The position numbers and the translations under genes are program-made. The notes under the pieces were generated by a model. That model searched no databases, was not told the origin of the DNA, and saw only the letters and a list, made by a program, of their open reading frames with translations. From NCBI RefSeq assembly GCF_009914755.1, contig NC_060927.1: DNA of 64,000 nucleotides. One strand, written 5' to 3'. Within the stretch, counting starts at the first letter, position 1. Every line of letters begins with the position of its first letter. Below are positions 14,105-25,935 of the stretch, one piece after another. This DNA is from the human T2T-CHM13v2.0 reference genome, Homo sapiens.

Positions 14105-14205
14105 TTATTCATTTGACAGATATAATTGAGTGCCTGCTCTGTGGTAGGTACTGTCCTGGCACGTGGGACACATCAGTGAATGAAAGAGATACAGATCCCT
14201 GCCTC
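14105..14205 (-). mobile_element. L2 3' end fragment
   Basis: TCATTTGACAGATATAATTGAGTGCCTGCTCTGTGGTAGGTACTGTCCTGG...CAGTGAATGAAAGAGATACAGATCCCTGCCTC. Confidence 0.7.
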
Positions 14206-14289
14206 GCGAAAGAAGTAATTACCTCTCACATGGTGCTCCACATCCCCTTCATAAACAGCAGAGGTGAGAGGCCAGTTTCTAAATAAGAG

Positions 14290-14352
14290 CTTTGACAAGT
14301 ACAGCCCTTTCCTTATAGTTGTACTTTGACAAGTACAGCCCTTTCCCTATAG
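14290..14352. repeat. 29-bp direct duplication (34-bp period)
   Basis: CTTTGACAAGTACAGCCCTTTCC(T/C)TATAG at 14290-14318 and 14324-14352. Confidence 0.9.
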
Positions 14353-14871
14353 CTACCAAACTGGTGTGTGGATTAGGAAGTAGCAAGACCACAACATGCC
14401 TCACGATGTTAGAGGTCCTGTAGGGAGGTGAGCAAACAATGTGCATGCTGCATACAGCTAAACCAGCAGCATCAATATACAAGGGGTGACATCAGGTAGA
14501 TAGGGGCTGCCCCAAAGACCAGAAGATGCCATAGTCCAGAAGCAAGTGAGATCAAGAGCCTGAGCTTATGTAAAGACATAAGGGAGGTAACTTGGCAGGA
14601 AGCAACATAGAAAAGGGAAAGCAGAGCACTGAAATATGGCATTGTTTGCAGAGCAGGAGAAGGACTCTGGCTGCAGACAGCTCGGTCCAGCCCTTGGTGC
14701 AGGTGCCACATGGAGACGGATCCATCGGGGCATTAGGACATCATGCCCTTGATATAAGCATACTCCTCGCTACCCCTTCTTGCCCTGAGACTCTGCTTTC
14801 CAGGCAAGAAGCTGCTTCCATTTAGCTTCCTTGGAGAGCTTGCCTACAAGGAAATGATGGGCTGGACATGA

Positions 14872-15350
<479 letters not shown>

Positions 15351-15555
15351 CACAGCTAATACTTATAGGGAACACTATATACCAGGCCCAGTTGTGAGCA
15401 CTTCATGTGTATGATTTCATGTACTCCTTACAACCATCCTATGAGGTTACCAGGATTCTGATTTTATCAATCATGTTAAGTAACCTATGCAAGATCACAC
15501 TGCTAGAAGGTGGCAGAGCTGGGATTCAAGCCCAGGTTCTCCTGACTTCTGGCTA
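15351..15555 (-). mobile_element. MIR (target of the AluY insertion)
   Basis: ACAGCTAATACTTATAGG...TCCTTACAACCATCCTATGAGG...AAGATCACACTGCTAGAAGGTGGCAGAGCTGGGATTCAAGCCCAGG. Confidence 0.75.
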
Positions 15556-16199
15556 CACCATTCGGGTATACAGCAGGTCTCCAGGATCCCTCTATTGCCT
15601 GCTCTCAGCACCGTGAACATCCAGTCCACATTGGGGTGAATGCGATCGAGGGTCCTTCGGGTGAATCGCCACTTCATTCCCACTATTACATCACCTTAGT
15701 AGAAGCATTTCACTGAAATCTAACACCCTGTACATGTATATAAATCACTTGATTCTTGTTGGAATCCCGAGGAAGGCAGAGTAGAGATCATCCTCTCCAT
15801 CTGACAGAGAAGGACTCAGATTGGTGAAGGTGAAGCAACTTACCAGGGTTATGTGGCTGGCATGAGAGAGGCCCGCCTTTAGAAGTCATGTTCTTTAACT
15901 CCTAACCTGGAGCTCTTTCCAATGGCTCTTTAAGAACAGGCTTCTTTCTGATATTGGCACATATATATTGGCCCAGGTAGTGCCTACCAGAGCACCGGGC
16001 ATGTAGCTCCAGGTGACTCTGTGGCACTAAAGTGATTGGTATCAGATCAGCCATTCACCCACCTCTGCAGGCTGAGTCTGATCCTGACCTCACAGGACAG
16101 TTTTTAGGAGTGGGGCTATGGAAAGGGGCTGGAAGAGCAGACCCTGATAATCATAAAATCTAATGCTCGCTTAAGGCTGCCTTGGCCCAGAATGTTCTC

Positions 16200-16375
16200 T
16201 AAGTACACTGAGTGTATTCACGCATTTAAACCTTGGCAGTAACCCTGACCAGCAGATGCAACCCTTGTTTCCATCTTACAGATAAGGAAACAGGGAGGAC
16301 AGGAAGCCCTGGCAGGTTTGCCCAAACTCACACAATCAGTAAGAAGCAGAGCCAGAATCAGGATGCAGAGCCCAC
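16200..16375 (-). mobile_element. MIR fragment
   Basis: CCATCTTACAGATAAGGAAACAG...TTGCCCAAACTCACACAATCAGTAAGAAGCAGAGCCAGAATC. Confidence 0.7.
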
Positions 16376-17469
16376 TCAGAATCGCACAACAACATAACCA
16401 CACCACACTGCCACTTAGACAAGTGGTGTCATCCTGCCCAATGCCATATTTTCCTAGATGATCTGAGTTGAGTGTCCCTTCAGAGGCTCTCGGTGGATCC
16501 CAGTCTTCCCATGTGAGAAGTGAGGGATTGAACTTCATGATAAAGAACATCCTCCAATTCTCCAGTAGATTCATGCTGACTTCCTCCTGAATGGGGCCCA
16601 CTGGAAATACACCCCCGCTCTGCCAATATTTTTATTCAGCTTTTGTGGTATTACATTCAGGAACAGTTTCAAAATCTAAAAGCCCAAAGGAAGCTGAGCA
16701 GGAAGGCCACCTAGAATGCCTCCTACTCCTAAGAAAGCGGTGGAGTGTCTTCAAATACAACCGCTGAGGTAAATCCCATCATTAGAACTTGCCAGGAGAT
16801 GGGGGTGGTTCTGCCTCTGTGGGGTCCTAATCGGAGCCCTTGTGAGAGAAGCTGCTTCTGAATTTTTCTCATTAACTCCTCACAGGTGCACAGGCCCCCA
16901 CTGAAATTGGACTCATATCAGCTGAACCCGTAGGGGACCTACAACTGCAGAGCTCAGCCTAGTCTCCTTTTTTTTTTTTCTTTTCTCCTCCTCCCCCTTT
17001 TTTATTTGTCTATTTACTGGGTCAAACAATTGAGAAGACTAAATTCTAAACAGCCTTTGTTGTTCCTGCCCCTTCATCCCCTTTAATTCAAAAGGCAGAA
17101 TTCAAAAGCAAGGCCATGAAACATCGTCTTCCAGAAAGTTAAACAAGGACAGGCAGTTATAGATGGCAGATAAGACTAGTTTGTCAACAGACACCCAACG
17201 GCAAAAGGGCATAACTGGATGATACGCCAGCACCAAAGCCTCAGGCCCAGCAGGATTTTACCTGGGATAAGCCCCCTGCAAAGCAGGGCACCGTCTCTGG
17301 AGTGATGGCGTCAACAAACCAGCATGGTAGCGCACTTCTTCCTCTTACATAGGAGGTCATTTGCACTAGGCCAGCCACACAATTCATTTTGATTCTGGCC
17401 CATGGCTATGGAGTAAAAATGGAAGATGACACAGACTCTCTGAGACAAAAAAAGAAAACTGTGAGCCAA

Positions 17470-17615
17470 GCTCATTCACTTAGTCTTTCAACAAAATCTA
17501 CTGAGCACCTACTCTGTGCCAAATGCTGTGTGAGGTGAAAAAAGGACACAGAAACCTGTGCCCTTCAGAACTTACATAGTAGTAGACAAGTTAGATAATA
17601 AATAAATATGTACTA
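17470..17615 (-). mobile_element. L2 3' end (left part, interrupted by HERV-L)
   Basis: TTCAACAAAATCTACTGAGCACCTACTCTGTGCCAAATGCTGTG...CCTGTGCCCTTCAGAACTTACA. Confidence 0.75.
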
Positions 17616-19151
17616 ACCGTATGTGGACAACCAAGGAACATAATGAAGCTGGTTGGTTGCTCCTAAGTTCAGTGGACAAAATTATGAAAGAAAATGGTGA
17701 ACTCAGGGATTCTATCTCCTGGCTTTAGAGGCAGAAATAGAGCCTCAAATCTGCTAAGATTGCCCTGAATGAGAGTCTTATCTCCTGTAGAGAAAGAGCT
17801 GAAACTGTGGAAAAGCAGACACAAGCTCTTACCATGCGAGGGGCTGATCTGCAAGGAAAGATGCATACGCAGCCTCACCAGGTGTTTACTGTTAGAGTGA
17901 GGGCATTGATTGGAAAATATTGGGACCCTGAAACTTGGAATGGGGATGTGTGAGAGGACCCTGATGAAGCTGGAGACACTGAGTTTGTAAACTCTGATGA
18001 AACTTTTCTGCCAGAAGAAACAGCTTCCCCATCTCCAGTAGTGGCAACATCCCCTTCCCGACCCATGCTGCCATCAGCCTTTCCATCTTTATCTGAGGAA
18101 ATAAACCCTGTGCTGCCTGAGGCAACAGCGATGGCCTCCCCTGAGGCAGTTTCCAGGCAGGATAATGTTGATTCTCCTCAGGAGCCACCCCCAACACCTC
18201 TGTTTGCTTCTAGACCTATAACTGGACTAAAGTCCCAGTGGGTCTCTAGAGGTGAGGAGATGAGGTTGAGAATGTGACCCACGAGGAGGTATGCTACACT
18301 TGAAAAGAACTGTTTGAGTTCTGTAATTTATATAGGCAGAAATCTGGAGAACAGGCATGGGAATGGATATTAAGGGTGTGGGATAATGGTGGAAGGAACA
18401 TAGAGTTGGATCAGGCTGAATTTATTGATTTGGGCCCACTAAGTAGGGACTCTGCATTTAATGTTGCACCTCAGGGAGTTAAAAAAGGTTCTAATAGTTT
18501 ATTTGCTTGGATAGGTGAAATGTGGATTAAAAGATGGCCCACTGTGAGCGAGCTGGAAATGCCTGATCTCCCTTGGTTTAATGTAGAGGAAGGGATCCAA
18601 AGGCTTAGGGAGATTGGGATGGTGGAGTAGATTAGTCACTTTAGATCTACTCATCCCAGCTTGGAGGGTACAGAAGATATACCCTTGACCAATGCCTTGT
18701 GAAATAGATTTGTGAGGGCAGCACCTGCATCTTTGAAGAGCACTGTAATTTCTCTTCTCTCTATGTCAGATCTGATGGTGAGAACCACAGTCACTCAACT
18801 ACAAAATTTAAATACAATGGGAATAATCAGATCCCAAGGTGGCAGGGGCCAAGTGGCAGCACTCAACCATCAAAGGTAAGGTAGGCATAGCTACTGTAAT
18901 TGACAGCAGAGGCAAATGGCAATCAGAATAGTCTAACTCATGTAGAGCTCTGGCATTGGCTAATTAATCACAGTGTTCCTATAAGTGAAATTGATAGGAA
19001 GCCTACTGCATTCCTACTTGCTTTATACAAGCAGAAAACTTCTAGGTTGAATAGACAAAAGACTAATTTGAATTATAAAAACAGAGAATCACAGCCCCTC
19101 AATCAGTTTCCAGACTTGTGCCAGTTTACAGACCCAGAACCCCATGAATGA
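17616..19151 (+). pseudogene. gag: HERV-L gag remnant (stops and frameshifts)
   Basis: Fragments WDPETWNGDV*EDPDEAG, EQAWEWILRVWDNGGRNIELDQAEFIDLGPLSRDS, LWHWLINHSVP. Confidence 0.85.
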
Positions 19152-19199
19152 AGGGGAGGCCGGGTCTCCTTGAGGAAGGACCCCACTACATTACCAACA

Positions 19200-19600
19200 A
19201 TTTATGCAGTGAATCTTTCTCCCATCCTTCCCTAAGGACACCTCTGGCCTTTTACCAGGGTAACTATGCACTGGGGAAAGGAAAATGATCAGACATTTCA
19301 GGGACTACTGGACACTGGTTCTGAGCCAATGCTGATTCCAGGAGACCCAAAACATCACTGTGGTCCTCCGGTTAAAGTAGTGGCGTATGGAAGTCAGGTA
19401 ATTAATGGAGTTTTAGCTCAGGTCTGACTTACGTTGGGTCCAGTGGGTCCCCAGACTCATCCTGTGATCGTTTCCCCAGTGCCAGAATGTATAATTTGCA
19501 TAGACATACCTAGCAGCTGGCAGAATCCCTGCATTGGCTCCCTGACTGGTAGGGTGAGGGCTATTATGGTGGGAAATGCCAAATGGAAGCCATTAGAGCT
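19200..19600 (+). pseudogene. pro: HERV-L aspartic protease remnant
   Basis: TTTCAGGGACTACTGGACACTGGTTCTGAG = FQGLLDTGSE (DTG active site) at ~19296-19325. Confidence 0.85.
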
Positions 19601-22071
19601 ACCTCTACCTAGAAAAATAGTAAATCAAAAACAGTACCACATCCATGGAGGGATTGTGGAGATTAGTGCCACCATCAAGGATTTGAAAGACGCAGAGGTG
19701 GTGATTCCCACCACATACCTGTTCAGCTCTCCCATTTGGCTTGTGCAGAACACAGATGGATCTTGGAGAATGACAGTGGATTATTGTAAGCTTAACCAAG
19801 TGGTGACTCCAGTTGCAGCTGCTGCACCAGATGTGGTTTCATTGCTTGAGCAAATTAACACATCTCCTTGTACCTGCTATGCAGCCATTGACTTGGCAAA
19901 TGCCTTTTTCTCCATTCCTGTCCGTAAGGCCCACCAGAAGCAATTTGCCTCCAGCTGGCAAGGCCAGCAATATACCTTTGCTGTCCTACCTTAGGGGTAT
20001 ATCAATTCTCAAGCTTTGTGTCATAATCTTATTCAGAGAGACCTTGATTTCTTTTCACTTTCACAAGATATCACACTGGTCCATTTCACTGATGACATTA
20101 TACTGATTGGATCCAGTGAGAAAAAATAGCAAACACGCTGGAGTTACTAGTGAGACATTTACATGCCAGAGGATGGGAAATAAATCCAACTAAAATTCAG
20201 GGAACTTCAACCTCAGTAAAATTTCTAGGGGTCCAGTGGTGTGGAGCCTGTCAAGATATTCCTTCTAAGGCAAAGGATAAGTTGCTGCATTTGGCCCCTC
20301 CTACAACCAAGAAAGAGGCACAATGCCTATTGAGCCCATGTGGATTCTGGAGGCAACACATTCCTCATTTGGGTGTGTTACTTCAGCCCATTTATTGAGT
20401 GACCCGAAGGCCACCAGTTTTAAGTAGGGTCCAGAATAGTAGAAGGCGCTGCAGCAGGTCCAGGCTGCTTTGCAAGATGCTCTGCCACTTGGGCCATATG
20501 ACCCAGCAAGTCCAATGGTACTTGAGGCATCAGTGGCAGATAGGGATGCTGTTTGGAGCCTTTGGCAGGCCCCCATAGGTGAATCCCAGTGGAGGCCTCT
20601 AGGATTTTGGAGCAAGGCCATCCTCTACAGAAAACTACTCCCCTTTCAAGAGACAGCTCTTGGCCTGTTACTGGGCTTTGGTGGAAACTGAACGTTTGAC
20701 TGTGGGTCATCAAGTCACCATGTGACCTGAACTGCCCATCATGAACTGGGTGCTTTCTGACCCATCTAGCCATAAAATGGGTCATGCACAGCAGCATTCC
20801 ATCAGCCAATGGAAGTGGTATATATGTGATCGGGCTCGAGCAGGTCCTGAAGGCACAAGTAAGTTACATGAGGAAGTGGCTCAAATGCCCATGGTCTCCA
20901 CCCCTGCCACCCTGCTTTCTCTTCCCCAGCCTGCACTGATGGCCTCATGGGGAGTTCCCTGTAATCAGTTGACAGAGGAAGAGAAGACTAGGGCCTGGTT
21001 CACAGATGGTTCTGCATGATATGCAGGCACTATCCGAAAGTGGACAGCTGCAGCACTACAGCCCCTTTCTAGGACATCCCTGAAGGATAGAGGTGAAGGG
21101 AGATCTTCCCAGTGGGCAGAAGTTCGAGCAGTGCACCTGGTTGTGCACTTTGCATGGCAGGAGAAGTGGCCAGATGTGAGATTATATACTGATTCATGGG
21201 CTGTAGCCAATGGTTTGACTGGATGGTCAGGGACTTGGAAGAAGCATGATTGAAAAATTGGTGACGAAGAAATTTGGGGAAAAGACATGTGGATGGACCT
21301 TCTGAGTGGTCAAAACCGTGAAGATATTTGCATCCCATGTGAGTGCTCACCAGTGGGTGACCTCAGCAGAGGAGGATTTTAATAATCAAGTGGATAGGAT
21401 GACCCGTTCTGTGGACACCACTCAGCCTCTTTCCCCAGCCACCCCGTCATCGCCCAATGGGCCCATGAACAAAGTGGCCATGGTGGCAGGGATGGAGGTT
21501 ACACATGGGGTCAGCAACATGGACTTCCAGTCACCAAAGCTGACCTGGCTACGGCCACTGCTGAGTGGCCACCAGTAGAGACCAACAGTGAGCCCTCGAT
21601 ATGGCACTATTCCTGAGGGTGATCAGCCAGCTACCTGGTGGCAGGTTGATTATATTGGACTTCTTCCTTCATGGAAAGGGCAGAGGTTTGCCCTCACTGG
21701 AATAGACATTTACTGTGGATATGCGTTTGCCTATTCTGCATGCAATGCCTCTGCCAAGACTAGCATCCGTGGGCTCACAGAATGCCTTAGCCACTGTCAT
21801 GGTATTCCACACAACATTGCCTCTGACCAAGGCACTCACTTTGTGGCTAAAGAAGTGTGGCAGTGGGCTCATGCTCATGGAATTCACTGGTCTTACCATG
21901 TTCCCCATCATCCTGAAGCAACTGGATTGATAGAATGGTGGAATGGCCTTTTGAAGTCTCAATTACAATGCCAACTAGATGACAATACTTTGCAGGGCTG
22001 AGACAAAGTTCTCCAGAAGGCCCTGTATGCTCTGAATCAGCGTCCTATATATATATGGTACTGTTTCTCCC
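19600..22071 (+). pseudogene. pol: HERV-L pol remnant (RT, RNase H, integrase), disrupted
   Basis: RT: WRMTVDY, AAIDLANAFFSIP, LP*G (LPQG with stop at 19992), HFTDD (degenerate YxDD); RNase H: RAWFTDGSA; IN: WQVDYIG, IASDQGTHF, GLIEWWNGLLK. Confidence 0.92.
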
Positions 22072-22644
22072 ATGGCCAGGATTCATGGGTCCAAGAATCA
22101 AGGTGCAGAAGTAGAAGTGGCACCACTCACCATCACCCCTAGTGATCCACTAGCAAAATTTCTGCTTCCTGTTCCCACGACATTACATTTTGCTGGCCTA
22201 GAGGTCCTAGTTCCAGAGGGAGGAAAGCTGCCACCAGGAGATACAACAACGATTTCATTAAACTGGAAGTTAAGATTGCCACCTGGACACTTTGGGCTCC
22301 TCCTACCTTTAGGTCAACAGGCTAAGAAGGGAATTACAGTGTTGGCTGAGATGATTGACCCAGATTATCAAGTTGAAATCAGCCTACTACTCCATAACGG
22401 AGGTAAGGAAGAGTATGCATGGAATACAGGAGAACCATTAGGGCATCTCTTGATATTACCATCCTCTGTGATTAAGGTCAATAGGAAACTACAACAGCCT
22501 AATCCAGGCAGGACTACACATGGCCCAGACCTCTCAGGAATGAAGGTTTGGGTCGCTCCACCAGGGAAAAAACCACAACCTGCTGAGGTGCTTGCTGAAG
22601 GCAAAGGGAATACAGAATGGGTAGTAGAAGAAGGTGGTCATTGA
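22072..22644 (+). pseudogene. dut: HERV-L dUTPase region, open 190-codon frame
   Basis: LPPGDTTTISLNWKLRLPPGHFGLLLP...GITVLAEMIDPDYQVEISLLLHN matches trimeric dUTPase motifs; position after integrase is characteristic of ERV-L. Confidence 0.85.
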
Positions 22645-22990
22645 TACCAGCTATGACCACGTGACCAGCTGCAGAAACAGGGACTGTAATTGTCATGAGT
22701 ATTTCCTCTTCCCTTCTTTTGCTAAAAATATGTTTGTCCAGGTATATGCTTGTACTAAGAAAATATCTTTATTTTATTTCCTTTTCCTTTATCATGTGAC
22801 ATAAGATTTATTGACTTCATATCAGCATTTAAGTATTGTTAACTTTATGTAATAGTATTTGGGTTGGGGATTGGTGCATTTATCATTGTACCAATGATAG
22901 TCGTATTATGTTAGGTATAATTATGACCTTATTATTGTCTTTATTTGAAGATTATGTGTGATCTCATGAGATGTGTATGAGTTCAAGTTG

Positions 22991-23004
22991 ACCAGGGGTG
23001 GACT
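22991..23004 (+). other. Polypurine tract of HERV-L
   Basis: ACCAGGGGTGGACT immediately before the LTR's TGTGATGG. Confidence 0.75.
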
Positions 23005-23437
23005 TGTGATGGTTAATGCTGAGTGTCAACTTGATTGGATTGAAGCATACAAAGTATTGTTCCTGGGCGTGTCTGTGAGGATGTTGCCAAAAGAGATTAA
23101 CTTTTGAGTCAGTGGACTGGAGAAGGCAGATCTACCCTTAATCTGGTGGGCAAAATCTAATCAGCTTCTAGCAAATACAAAGCAGGCAGGAAAACATGAA
23201 AAGGAGAGACGGGCCTGGCCTCCCAGCCTACTTTCTTCCATGCTGGTTGCTTCCTGTCTTCGAACATCGGACTCCAAGTTCTTCAGTTTTGGGACTTGGA
23301 CTATCTCTCCTTGCTCCTCAGCTTGCAGACAGCCTATTGTGGGACCCTGTGATCATGTAACTTAATACCTAATAAACTCCCCTTTATGTATATATGTCCT
23401 GTTAGTTCTGTCCCTCTAGAGACCCCTGACTAATACA
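23005..23437 (+). mobile_element. MLT2A1 3' LTR
   Basis: TGTGATGGTTAATGCTGAGTGTCAACTTGATTGGATTGAAG ... AATAAACTCCCC ... CCCTGACTAATACA (TG...CA, 433 bp). Confidence 0.92.
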
Positions 23438-23620
23438 GGTGGTCAGGAAGGTGACATTTGAATAAAAAGCATGAGTCATGTTAGTATCTGGGGAAGACTG
23501 TTCCAGGCAGAGAGGACAGCAGATGCAAAGCTCAGAGGCAGGAGCATCCCCAGCATGCCTGAAGAACAGGAAGAGGGCTGCTGTGGCTGGTTAAAATGAG
23601 GGAGGAAGAATTTAGGAGAT
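23438..23620 (-). mobile_element. L2 (continuation after HERV-L)
   Basis: GGTGGTCAGGAAGGTGACATTTGAA, TATCTGGGGAAGACTGTTCCAGGCAGAGAGGACAGCAGATGCAAAG. Confidence 0.75.
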
Positions 23621-24090
23621 AGTAACCCCAGACTTTTGGCTCCCGGAGCTAGTCACTAAGAAGAGGTGGGAGTGAAGCATCTAATACTCTCATCCTGAGA
23701 GGCTGCTGGGAGGAGCTGCTATTGCTAAAATCTTGAGCTTCTTGAATAAAGCGCATTGTGTTTTAGAAAGGAGAAAACTATGACTCATTCAACTGTGTAG
23801 TTAGTGACCTGCTTTTCATGAGCTCCCAGGAAACGCTCTGCACCCAAACCAAGTCAGTTCTGCTCTCCAGAGATTGTTTGATTTGTGTTATTCAAGAGAA
23901 TTATTTTTCCTTCCTGTCAACTTACAAGGAAGAAATGTCTCAGCACTGGTATAGTGTCAAAGACTTAACAATTGGATATCTGGGGAAAAATACAGATAGG
24001 TACATAGACAGATAGACATAAGTTTATTGTAAACTTTACTAATATAAAGAACATGTACAACACAATTTAAAAATAATAACACACAATACT

Positions 24091-24656
24091 TGTATTAGGG
24101 TTCTCCAGAGAAGCAATAGGGAGATTTTGATATATAAGATGGGATTTACTGTAGGAATTGCCTCACACTCAGTTACGGAGGCTGAGAAGTCCCAAGATAT
24201 GCTGTCTGCAAGCTGCAGAACCAAGAAAGCCAGTGGCGTCGTTCAGTCTGAGTCTGAAGGGCTTAGAATCAGGGTGTAACTCCAAGTCTTGAGAGCAGGG
24301 CTGGGATGTAGGGAGTAGAAATGGGGGGTGCGAGGGTGCTAGTGTAAGTCCTGGCATTTGAAGTCCTGAAAGCCAGGAGCTCTGATGTCTAAGGGCGGGA
24401 GAAGGTGATGTTTCAGCTCAAGAAGAGAAGGAGAATTTGCTCCTCTTCTTTCTTTTTGTTTTCTTGAGGAGGGCTCTCAGTGGATTGGGTGATGTCTACC
24501 ACACTGGTGAAAGTGAATCGTTTTTACTCCATCTAAGAATTTACATGTTCATCTCTTCCAGAAGCACCCTCACAGACACACCCAGAAAAAATGATTTGCC
24601 AGCTATCTGGGTATCACTACACCCAGTCACTTTGACACATAAAATTACCCATCGTA
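24091..24656 (-). mobile_element. ERVL solo LTR (MLT2B-like)
   Basis: TGTATTAGGGTTCTCCAGAGAA, GAGGCTGAGAAGTCCCAAGAT, ACCCTCACAGACACACCCAGAAA, TTGACACATAAAATTACCCATC; TSD ATACT / ATACC. Confidence 0.85.
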
Positions 24657-25284
24657 ATACCATTTACGGTAAATTTTATACAGCCAAGTGAGACTCACAA
24701 AAGGCTTTCATTGATTGCTGCTGAAACTTTGAATATGTAGCCAATCTATGTGAGCAGCTGACAAACAGCTGGAGCTCTGGCATGAATGTTGGTTGATATT
24801 TTCATTTAAGTGAATACGTAAGACAGAAGTGAAACAATAAAGGTATGTAGGAAGTTTACTCTTTCATCAATGATATGCAGCTTCTTTGCAGAATTGGGTA
24901 ATAGTTTTTGAGTACTAGAAGAATACTTCCTCAACTTTTTGTGCTATTCACCATGTAATGGCATGGACAAAACATACTGTTAAATTTAATCTGCATTATT
25001 AATATTTTTCCATCATGTTCTTAAGTCAAGATACCAGCAAAACAATGAATCACCCTCAGGTTTCTAGCACTTGTCCATTTCCGTAGTGTAAATACTCACA
25101 CCACAACTGATGTCACATGACCAACACGACATCACTGAATGCAGCTGAGAAGAGATGGACACCATTCTGCAGTGTCTCCGTCTGCCATGTAGCTACCATA
25201 GCTGCTAATAACCTCAAGAGTATGTGTAATGGTAGAATATAGTAAAATAATCTGGAAGCAATGAGTTTTGAGTATTCATTTCCT

Positions 25285-25416
25285 TTTCATTTTTTAATTA
25301 ATTAATTTACTCACCTACTTTGAGAGATGGGGTCTTGCTATATTGCCCGAACTCCTAGGTGCAAATGATCCTCCCGCCTCAGCCTCTACCGAGTTAATGG
25401 GGACTACATGCATGCC
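25285..25416 (-). mobile_element. FLAM_A/FAM monomeric Alu fragment
   Basis: GAGATGGGGTCTTGCTATATTGCCC..GAACTCCTAGG..TGATCCTCCCGCCTCAGCCTC..GGGACTACA. Confidence 0.7.
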
Positions 25417-25935
25417 TTTGTTTCCTTTTTGAGGATATAATTTATTTAATTATAAATCCATAAAATTTAATTTTAATAATGGCTGTATTTAACAACTGAC
25501 CCACAAAACTTCTAAAATTTTAACAATTGTCTCTCTTGAGCTGGTTGTAAACCAGCTCCAGTGCACCCCTGTGTCTTAGTGGTGTCCTGTCCTGTCTTCA
25601 CAGCTGATTTTGAAGTTTCAGGCTCTTTGCCTCTTTCATCCTTTCTAAAGGCAGTGGTGTGAAATAGACAATTAAGGCCTAGGAGGGATCCACAACAGTA
25701 CCTCATCTAGATACCAGAGCATCACAGAAGACTTAGCAATGTAGCACAGACACATGAATACTTAAATTCTGACCTATTGCTACTGTAATAGGTATACACA
25801 TAGCACATCAATGATGCTGGAACAGATTGAAGAGGTCACTTTAATTCAGCCTCTCACCCTCCTTAATAAATGCCCTCCTTCTGTAACCCCATCATACAAT
25901 CTGTTACTAACCTATACAGAATAATTTTTAAAAAT

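Larger units (their letters stand above)
17616..23437 (+). mobile_element. HERV-L provirus lacking the 5' LTR, primer-binding site and gag start; 3' LTR present
   Basis: Collinear gag-pro-RT-RNaseH-IN-dUTPase motifs with no env (ERV-L architecture), polypurine tract, then an MLT2A LTR. Confidence 0.96.
23944..25571 (-). mobile_element. hAT DNA transposon (MER63-like), interrupted by an MLT2B LTR and a FLAM/FAM
   Basis: Right end TTAATAATGGCTGTATTTAACAACTG...GAGCTGGTTGTAAACCAGCTCCAGTGCACCCCTG resembles the reverse MER63 terminus; degenerate opposite terminus near 23944. Confidence 0.65.

Noticed and set aside
22645-23004. Possible env gene after pol
   Set aside because: Only ~360 bp of AT-rich non-coding sequence; HERV-L has no env.
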